Program-made: the position numbers and the translations under genes
Assembly: GCA_950097015.1 (NCBI GenBank)
Contig: CATNEN010000012.1
Coordinates: 2,542,001 to 2,606,000 of the forward strand
Length of the DNA: 64,000 bases
Source: Macrostomum hystrix
Taxonomy: Eukaryota; Animalia; Platyhelminthes
Reading direction: 5' to 3'
Shown here: positions 1-9,070 of the stretch, one piece after another
How positions within the stretch are numbered: the stretch's first letter is position 1
Layout: each line of letters opens with the position of its first letter
Notes under the pieces: model-generated
The model's database searches: none
Seen by the model: only the letters and a program-made list of their open reading frames with translations
Told to the model about the DNA's origin: nothing

Positions 1-1302
1 GACAATATTTGACAATAATTCAAAAGAGTACCCACTTGTCAATTACTTAATTACAAAAAAAGTTTTGTAACTTTTACAGCATGAATGAAATTAGTTTCAG
101 TTTATTATTCGAGTTAGATCTGTTTACACGAAGCTATTAGAAACACATTAAATTAAAAATGCCCCCAAAAGTTGATTTTAACAAACATGCTGAACGACTT
201 AGATTTACCATTTATAATCAATAAGCTTAGGAAGGCTAGACCCATAAAATTGAGTTTTTATTCTTTTTTAGTACTAAAGCAAATGTTTAAAATAGTTTTT
301 TATTAGGACGATTTCTTGTAAAAGTAAAAGCGTTCGTGGTGCTGCGCTTGTGAGTAGCGCACTTAGTCTTAGTCTCACTTCGACTCAGTGGCAGTGGCCT
401 CCTGGTTGTCCTGTTGCGATAATGCAGTTTACCAGGTTGAACGATTGTAAGGTAGAACCAATTAGCAATTGGTGTTATTTTTCGTTTGGATTCATAGCCA
501 TTAGTTTTTTCTAAAATGCTGAAATTTATGATTGCAAATACTTGGGGCTCTTCACTTGCAACCTGCCTCTGTCTCCGAGTTGCTCATTGGCATAGGAATC
601 ATGAAACATAAGTGTTGACCCAAATAATAATACTTTTTAAGTTTTGATAAAATGCACCTCCAGTAAGCCTAATTACAAATATTCCTAACTGTAATTGTAA
701 TTAGTTAGGCCTACTGCGTTTTTTCTCACAGCCTCTGATTTTAAGTTCCACTGTAACTATCAATTTGGTTAGGCCTATAGGAATTTATGGATATGAAGCT
801 TTTTAGACAAAAGTTACAAATACAGATGTTTATGGGAACTTAAGTTTCTTGTATCTAGTTTCATATATTTATAATTATAGTTCTTAAGTAGGCCTATAGA
901 TTGCACTGAAGTGAGAAAAACAAACAAGTTTTAACAATTGGTTTCCAATTTCTAACTATATTGAAATATATGAAGGTTATGGAAAGCTTCAGGAATTCTT
1001 TAGTTAAAAATATGGATGTGCATATAGATACAGCATTGGTGTGACAGAGGGAATCAGAAAAAAATGCTGGAGAAAAAAACACAGCAAAAAATTCCTGCTT
1101 AGGAGAGCACAAGACTGTTTTTTGATAAAGTGGCATTAATAAGTACTAGAAGTATATTTTCGCATGTACAATTTGCAAATACAGTGAAAATATTTGTGAA
1201 GACATTCCAAAAGCAAATACATGCAAATGAATGAGGGAATAGTCACAGACTTAATAAATAGTTGCTTGTCAAATAGCAGAGGCTAATGTATTAAGTTCAT
1301 AC

Positions 1303-1980
1303 TTCATTGCTTGGCCTCCAATTTGCACTTCTTCTTGGCCAGTTTGTTCTCTGCCTTATCCAGATTCTTCCTCTCCACCTGCAGGGCCAGCATCTTCTAC
1401 TGGTATTCACTTAGCAAGGCATTTGCCTTTTCCGATTCCATTTCAAGCAGCCACTTCTTTTCCCGAATCTTTGTCACCTTCGAATCAACATCTTTTGTAT
1501 GGCTTGTACTGGCAGCCTTTGAGCAAGTTGGTCCTTATGCAGCTCCTCTTCTCTCTGCATGCGCCTTTTCTGGGCAGCCAGATTTTGTTGGGCATTGAAT
1601 CCTTCAGCAATGTAATGGTCACCAAAACCTCCACCTCTATCACTTGCAAATTCAACTTGTCAGACTTGCATGTGTCACTACTGACTCAAGCTGCTGGCTT
1701 GAAAAATGAGTCAATTGGCTTCGCTGACTGCTTGTTTGATTCCATGCCTGAATCCCACTCTGAGCTTATACTTCTCATCATGCTTCTTAGACTACGCATG
1801 GTTTTCAATGGCACCAAACCTAGCTGAGCCAATGTGCAAAGTTTTAGAGCACAGTGTGCTGATTGCACTATGACAGTCCTTGGTATCGGATTGCAGCCAA
1901 ATCTTGCACTTCTGATCATTGACCACGCGACTGCGCCAGGCTTCAACAAACTTCGTAGCTCGCTGCTTTGAGAGAGACAT
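1303..1980 (-). pseudogene. Decayed transposon-derived ORF: BED-type zinc-finger-like N-terminus plus coiled-coil C-terminus
   Basis: The minus strand reads MSLSKQRATKFVEAW..KIWLQSD..AISTLCSKTLHIG..AIENHA*SKKH, a W..C-x2-C..H-x4-H BED-like pattern with one Cys lost and an in-frame TAG. A downstream segment reads KIREKKWLLEMESEKANALLSEYQ*KMLALQVERKNLDKAENKLAKKK. There are multiple stops. Confidence 0.45.
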
Positions 1981-2214
1981 GCTGCAAGTGGATATACGAG
2001 GGGTGTTTCAAAAGTTTCCGGACTGACGTCACCATTTTGAGTTGAAATGGCCAAATCACTTGAAATTTGATATGCAATTGCAATAAGATTATTTTTATTA
2101 TGTCCTAAAATTTCAGCGCAATCGGATTAACTGATCAAAAGTTGTAATGAATTTTGCATTAAACATCAAAAACAACAAATACGATTTTTGGATTTCAGTT
2201 TCAAGCGATCACTC

Positions 2215-3345
2215 CTAATCACTGTCAGAGTCACTGATACCGTCGGCTGTGTCGCGAGGCTGACAGCTTGCGCGCTCTACGTACTCGCCTTCGATGGAGA
2301 TGCACTTCTTGTAGCGCTCAATTAGCGCGTTGAAGCCAGCCTCCCAGAATTCAGCCTTCAGCTGACTAAGCGACTGATTGGTGGCATTGATGACTTCGTC
2401 ACGAGTTGAGAAGATCTGACCACGCAGAGGCATCTTCATCTTACCGAATAAATGAAAGTCAGCAATGGCGAGGTCAGGACTGTAGGCAGGATGATTTAGC
2501 AGGCGAAAGCCGAGCTCCTCCACCTTCGCCTTTGTGCTAGCAGCAGCATGAGGTCGCGCATTGTCCCAAAGAATAAACGGTTTCTGACGCATTATGCGGC
2601 GCTTGCTCAAAACTGCACTTCGCAGGCGATTCAGCTGATCCATTACGTAATCTGAGTTGATAGTCTGACCTTGTGGAACATAGTCAACCAGCAGCACTCC
2701 ACGAGCATCGAACCACACAGTGCACATCACATTTCGAGTCCAGGATGACTTCATTGCCTTCTGATGAGGATGGCGCCCCTTGGGTCCCCAGTGCATTGTC
2801 TGCTGCTTGGTTAACGGCTGGAACATGGGCAGTACAGTCTCATCCATCGTGATGGTCAGCTCCTTGAACTTGGTGTCTCCAAGCTCGTCCTACACTGCCC
2901 AATTCTCCAGCGCGCAACGCACTCTTGCCTTCTTGTGCTCTTCTGTAAGGTCACGTGGCACCCACTTGGCGCAGATCTTCGACCATCCTTCGCGTTTCAG
3001 AATGCGCCAGACAGAAGCGTAGGGTATGTCAAACTTGCTCTCTATTTCACGTAGCTTTGCCGATGGATTCTCTTCCAGGTAGGACAGCACAGCAGCGGCT
3101 GTGCCGGCGTCCGTACTGGAGCGTGGACGGCCTGATCGTGGAGCATCAGCAACACTAGTCGCACCTCCAGCAGCAAGTCGGTGATGGTCAAACACTTGCG
3201 ACCGACCTAACGCGTAGTCACCGAATGCTTGGCATGCCTCTGCAAACGTATGCGTCGCTGTCTTGCCTTGACATTGACATGCAATGATGAAGTGGCGCTG
3301 GCTGTGTTTTGACCCAAAGTCCGCGGAGTTGGTCGGTCGACTCAT
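2215..3345 (-). pseudogene. Mariner transposase interrupted by one in-frame TAG (2890-2892)
   Basis: ORFs 2890..3345 and 2215..2847 are in the same frame, separated by TAG plus 14 sense codons. Motifs: HTH region, RSGRP, WVPRDL (=WVPHEL), MDET, WDNARPH, YSPDLAIADF. There are 34 residues between the second and third Asp. Confidence 0.93.
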
Positions 3346-3501
3346 TTCAGAACGGTAGAGCGTAGTAGGCTGCTAAAAATCTTATTCGTTTTGATGCGGC
3401 TTTAAGCTGCTAAAGCCGCATCGCAGTTGTCTAATGTGTCTATGGCTAAAACTGATGTGTCATCGAGAGAAACTTGTAAGCTCGGTATCGATCAGTATCG
3501 A

Positions 3502-3752
3502 TTCATTTATTCGGTAAGATGAAGATGCCTCTGCGTGGTCAGATCTTCTCAACTCGTGACGAAGTCATCAATGCCACCAATCAGTCGCTTAGTCAGCTGA
3601 AGGCTGAATTCTGGGAGGCTGGCTTCGACGTGCTAATTGAGCGCTACAAGAAGTGCATCTCCATCGAAGGCGAGTACGTAGAGCGCTCAAGCTGTCAGCC
3701 TCGCGACACAGCCGACGGTATCAGTGACTCTGACAGTGATTAGGAGTGATCG
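3502..3752 (+). pseudogene. Inverted duplicate of the transposase C-terminus (part of the long inverted repeat)
   Basis: ORF 3519..3743 matches the last 74 aa of ORF 2215..2847 except FDV/FNA and ERSS/ERAS. Confidence 0.9.
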
Positions 3753-4645
3753 CTTGAAACTGAAATCCAAAAATCGTATTTGTTGTTTTCGATGTTTAAT
3801 GCAAAATTCATTACAACTTTTGATCAGTTAATCCGATTGCGCTGAAATTTTAGGACATAATAAAAATAATCTTATTGCAATTGCATATCAAATTTCAAGT
3901 GATTTGGCCATTTCAACTCAAAATGGTGACGTCAGTCCGGAAACTTTTGAAACACCCCTCGTACATAGATGCATATAGTCCTTAAATAGCCATTCTTCTT
4001 TCTCTTTTGCCATTCACCATTCAAAAAGAGTTGCAATTGGATCTATCATAGCCTTTTATCAATGATGAAATCAGTTCTAATAAAAGTGTACATACATACT
4101 ACATACACTTATAATACCTAGGCCCCTACATAAATAAATTCTAGGTAAAATACCTACAGAATACATGCATACCTAGTTATGCCTCCGAAAAAGGAGATAA
4201 AAAACCAGTTAACAAAATCATTCTTGTACAACTCCTTTTCAACACCAATGATGCATTTAGACAACATATTCATTAGTCAATGTAAAGACAGTTAAAATAT
4301 AAAAGCCTGATGAGGCTCTCAAACAGAAAATGGGATCACTACACTGGAGTAACAAAAAATTCAAGAATAAAAAAACGTTGAAACAAACACAGAAATGCAC
4401 AAAATCAAAAAATATTGTTAACTTGTTATTGCATTGGCTAAACGTATTAGGCAAACAACATGATAGTTGTGTGCCAAGATATTATGGTAGTCCAAATGAA
4501 AAAGTTACATTGCTCCTTGCCTTATCTAAAAAATGAAATAAAGTAACAAAAGTTCTTTGACTAGGCCCTTGACTTAGCGGCAGGGAGCCTCCATGACGGA
4601 CGCATGCCGCCCATATCGCTAACCCCTGGTTGACTAGGCCCTACA

Positions 4646-5250
4646 ATCCTAGTCATTTAATCAACTAGGTTTATAGCAACAGATTCTTATAATTGGTCAC
4701 TTTGTCAACTAGCCAATCAGGATTTAGGAGACCTATAAAGTTTGATACTTTCTCTTGTGGTCATACATGTTTTACACTGTGAATGTAGAAGCCAGTGTAT
4801 GATATATTTGGGCCTATTTATTCATGATTTATTTTTTTATGTACATGATTATAACAATTATAATACCTCTTTTTTAATGACTTTGATTAAATAACCTTGG
4901 TTACTATATCAGCTAGTCAAAACAAAGAAAAATCCAACAAGAATGTCATTTTGTCTAGCAACTGACATTTTGGGAGACCCAATCTTTAGGCACTTTGTCA
5001 ACGTATTTGGTAAAATGGCAGTTGACAAAATGACTAGCTAGCACCCATAGTTACTTGCTTAATGAAGAAAAAGTAGCCCTTAAATTTGTTGACATTCAAG
5101 GCATTGTATGTTTCATGGTAGCTCAGGCCTAGCTGGGTGCTGATCATTTGTTAATTCCTGCCATTTTATCAAATAAGTTAGGCTAACAAAGTTACTAAAG
5201 TGTTGAGTCTGTCCCAATATGGTAATTGATGAAATGACTAAGCTAGTCTA
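4646..5250. mobile_element. Possible degenerate MITE/foldback relic built on a CTAGTCATTTTGTCAAC-like motif
   Basis: Motif variants occur forward at ~4651, ~4706 and ~4990, and inverted at ~5021 and ~5226. No clear target-site duplication (TSD). Confidence 0.3.
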
Positions 5251-5896
5251 CTAAATAATGAATGACTAACTAATAAAAATTAACAAATTAATTAACAAAT
5301 TGACATAATGATATAAACAGAGTAGCAGACTTTCATGCATTTTTCATTTAAATTATTCTTTCACAAATTATAATTTTGTATTGGGCAAACTAACTTTTTG
5401 TCTGTTGATTATGCCATCCATATTGTGGATAGTGTGGTGTATGCCAGACATCTCTAGCATATAGAAACTACTATTTATTTATTTTGTTTAAACTGACATG
5501 CCTTCTAACTAAATTAGTAAATACCAGGTACAAATATTTTCGAAATAATATTTAACATATATAGTCAGATGAATATTTGTCACAAAGATGTTGATATGTT
5601 TTTAAAAAATATAATTCTATGCTTTTAAATGCTATTTTTATTACTTATTCTGCAATGATATCCTATTTAGATTATGTAAAAATAAAAGAATGATTTGGCC
5701 TCTATTGTTGTTAAATTATTATCATATTTTCACTTGATTTAAAATTTATATTTTCCTAATAAAATTCAAGGCAGTAATTTATATTGTATAATCTGAAGTA
5801 TGAAGTGCTGTGACCAACAGTTGCTGTGCCACTGTCTGTACATCTGACCCAAAACCCCAAAATTTGCAGCTAGCTTAAGGACATTAATTCCACAGC

Positions 5897-7123
5897 ATGG
5901 CAACTAGCAAAGGCCTGAAGATATTGGTTGGCTGCAAGCGTGTCATTGACTACGCTGTGAAGGTTCGCGTCAAACCAGATCGCACTGGCGTTGTCACTGA
6001 CGGTGTCAAACACTCAATGAATCCATTCGATGAAATCGCCGTCGAAGAGGCCGTCCGACTCAAAGAAAAGAAGCTAGCCTCGGAGGCCGTGGCCGTGTCT
6101 GTTGGCCCGCCCCAGGCCCAGGAAACTCTGCGCACAGCCCTGGCCATGGGCATCGACCGGGCCATTCACGTGGAGATCCCCCTAGCTGAGCTGGAACGGC
6201 TGCAGCCTTTGCACATCTCCAAACTGCTGGCCAAGGTGTGCGAAGCTGAGAAACCGGATCTGGTCATCCTGGGCAAGCAGGCCATCGATGGCGACTGCAA
6301 CCAGACTGGCCAGATGCTTGCCGCCCTGCTCGACTGGCCTCAAGCCACCTTTGCCTCCAAGATCGAACCCAGCAGTGTGAGTGACTCGATTTGGCATACT
6401 GCCTGCCTGCCTTTCCGGCCTGCCCTTACTATACTACTGCCTGACTGCCCTTCCTGTACTACTACCTGACTGCCCTTCCTGTACTACTACCTGACTGCCC
6501 TTCCTGTACTACTACCTGACTGCCCGTCCTGTACTACTGCCTGACTGCTCTTCCTGTACTACTACCTGACTGCCCGTCCTGTACTACTGCCTGACTGCTC
6601 TTCCTGTACTACTACCTGACTGCCCGTCCTGTACTACTACCTGACTGCCCGTCCTGTACTAAAACCTGGCTGCTCTTCCTGTACTACTGCCTGACTGCTT
6701 ATCTGGCCTGTCCTACCTGTGCTACTGCCTGTCTTTGGCCTGTCCTTCTGTACCACTGCCTACCCAGCCTTGTCTCTTTAAGTATCTAATTAGCGTGGAC
6801 CCACCCGTGCCGTACAGGACTCCAAACAGGTTCGCGTCATTCGCGAAGTAGACGGCGGCCTAGAAACGGTGGAAGTGTCAGTCCCAGCCGTTGTGACCAG
6901 CGATCTGCGCCTGAACGAACCCCGCTACGCCACTCTGCCCAACATCATGAAGGCTAAGAAGAAGCCTCTAACCAAGATGACCCCAGACCAGCTGGGCGTT
7001 GACCTCAAGCCTCGTCAAGAGGTTGTCAGCGTTGACGATCCGCCTGTGCGAAAGGCCGGAGCCAAAGTCGAATCGGTGACAGATCTGGTTGGCAAGCTGC
7101 GCGAGAAGGGCCTGGTTAAGTAG
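5897..7123 (+). CDS. ETFB: Electron transfer flavoprotein beta subunit; exons 5897-6376 and 6818-7123; 261 aa
   Basis: Contains [60 protein letters not shown] and [22 protein letters not shown]. The phase-0 GTGAGT...TACAG intron is 6377-6817. Confidence 0.97.
6431..6700 (+). repeat. ~25-bp minisatellite (CTGACTGCCCTTCCTGTACTACTAC) in the ETFB intron
   Basis: Tandem copies read directly. Confidence 0.9.
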
Positions 7124-7555
7124 GATTTAAAAATACGTCCAGTTTTATTCCCATATTAAACTATTAGTTGATGCTGCCCGTTGTTTGTTTGCCTGTTACC
7201 CAATACAAAGGAGAAAAATATGTGATTAGTTAACATTCTTCATTTGGCCATCACTGTTTCATTTATTAGAGTTGCGTATTGATCACTTAGAGGCTCGTTG
7301 ATATTTAAATTTGTTATGCTCTGTTATAACACTGCATGAGATGCTTTTAAATTTTATGGGCAAAATATAGACAGACTACAGTATCCTTTCCCTTTCTAAG
7401 ATAACTGGGCTCGACTGTCACCTCATTGCGATAGCGACGATCGAGTATAGACAAGTCCAATAAACCTGTCTCATGTACTTGTGTTTTAAACTTCCCACTT
7501 CCTCCAATACTGGCTCATTACGCCTACTCTCTCCCTATGTGAAGCCACCCATCAC

Positions 7556-8230
7556 CCTCATTTTCTCTCTCCACCGTGTGCAGCACCAACAACCCCATTT
7601 TCTCTCTCCCCGTGTGCAGCACCAACCACCCCATTTTCTCTCTCCCCGTGTGCAGCACCAACCGCCCCATTTTCTCTCTCCCCGTGTACAGCACCAACTG
7701 CCCCATTTTCTCTCTCCCCGTGTGCAGCACCAACCACCCTATTTTCTCTCTCCCCGTGTGCAGCACCAACCACCCCATTTTCTCTCTCCCCGTGTGCAGC
7801 ACCAACCACCCCATTTTCTCTCTCCCCGTGTGCAGCACCAACCGCCCCATTTTCTCTCTCCCCGTGTACAGCACCAACTGCCCCATTTTCTCTCTCCCCG
7901 TGTGCAGCACCAACCACCCCATTTTCTCTCTCCCCGTGTGCAGCACCAACCACCCATTTTCTCTCTCCCCGTGTACAGCACCAACTGCCCCATTTTCTCT
8001 CTCCCCGTGTGCAGCACCAACCACCCCATTTTCTCTCTCCCCGTGTGCAGCACCAACCACCCCATTTTCTCTCTCCCCGTGTGCAGCACCAACCACCCCA
8101 TTTTCTCTCTCCCCGTGTGCAGCACCAACCACCCCATTTTCTCTCTCCCTGTGTGCAGCACCAACCACCCCATTTTCTCTCTCCCTGTGTGCAGCACCAA
8201 CCACCCCATTTTCTTTCCATGTGCAGCACC
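7556..8230 (+). repeat. 36-bp minisatellite (ACCAACCACCCCATTTTCTCTCTCCCCGTGTGCAGC), ~18 copies
   Basis: Period 36 read directly. It explains the 12-aa periodic ORFs in all frames. Confidence 0.95.
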
Positions 8231-8818
8231 CACCACCTCAATTTTCCTTTCTAGGCGAAGCCACCCCATTTTGTGTAGCAAATTAGTATAGTTTTTTATA
8301 CGAAGTTCTTGTTTACTTACCTCTAACAGTTAGTCAGCGCAGCCAATTAAGGTGGAAAGAAGTTCTAATCTTAGGATTTTCGTATCTTTGGTATAGTAGC
8401 GTTTATATACTTTAATTTCGAAACTTCATCCTTATTTAGTAATTGATCGCTTAAAGTTAAAGTATTTTGTGCACAATAAAACGGCAGTGATTAGTCGTTT
8501 ATTAATAGAACTTGTCTGGCATCTGCTACGTTAATGGCTACCAAAATCTTAGTGAACGCTTTGATTGATTTACTGTTGTTATTTTACGTTTAGCATCGAT
8601 TTCTCTCGCCTAAAACTGATTTGTGTTTGCCGGTTGCCGCTCCGCCCCGTGCTGGGCATATACGCTCGTATAATTAGCAAGAAAAAATGCTGTTTGAAAT
8701 AAACTATGATCCTATCATGTAATTCTTCTTGTCGAACTTGCAAAAACATGTCTCGTTTCTATTTTTTAATTACTTGATAGCTATTTGGTTAGGTGAGATT
8801 GGTGAGAGACAGCTGACA

Positions 8819-8880
8819 GGCTGCGTACGGCAGTTCAGTCCATGGACTGGGGGTGCCACACCCGTCCTCAATTATACCCA
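8819..8880 (-). mobile_element. SINE 3' fragment (same family as 23537-23708 and 63838-64000)
   Basis: GGCTGCGTACGGCAGTTCAGTCCATGGACTGGGGGTGCCACACCC..TCAATTAT aligns with 63845-63900. Confidence 0.65.
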
Positions 8881-8929
8881 TTGAGACTTTTAACCATTTA
8901 ACTTTGCTTTAGTATCGACCCGCCAGTTT

Positions 8930-8975
8930 CTATTGGCTGAAAGCTGTCACGTGATAGGCAATTTCGTCCAATAGC
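8930..8975 (+). promoter_or_regulatory. Candidate NSA2 promoter: ATTGG/CCAAT boxes around an E-box (CACGTG)
   Basis: CTATTGG ~8930, TCACGTGA 8947-8954 and CCAAT ~8968 lie about 100-140 bp upstream of the first coding exon. Motif match only. Confidence 0.35.
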
Positions 8976-9070
8976 AATCAATGCGGGTAGTTGTTGCTAA
9001 TAGGAATGGCAGGATGATTACAAATTTCGCCCATAATTAATGCCCTTTATTTCGTCCGGCCAACCCGCAG

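Larger units (their letters stand above)
1997..3961 (-). mobile_element. Mariner (Tc1/mariner, DD34D) DNA transposon with 460-bp terminal inverted repeats
   Basis: Flanked by TA at 1995-1996 and 3962-3963. The termini CGAGGGGTGTTTCAAAAGTTTCCGG are exact inverted copies. 1997-2456 is the reverse complement of 3502-3961 with about 4 mismatches. Confidence 0.95.
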
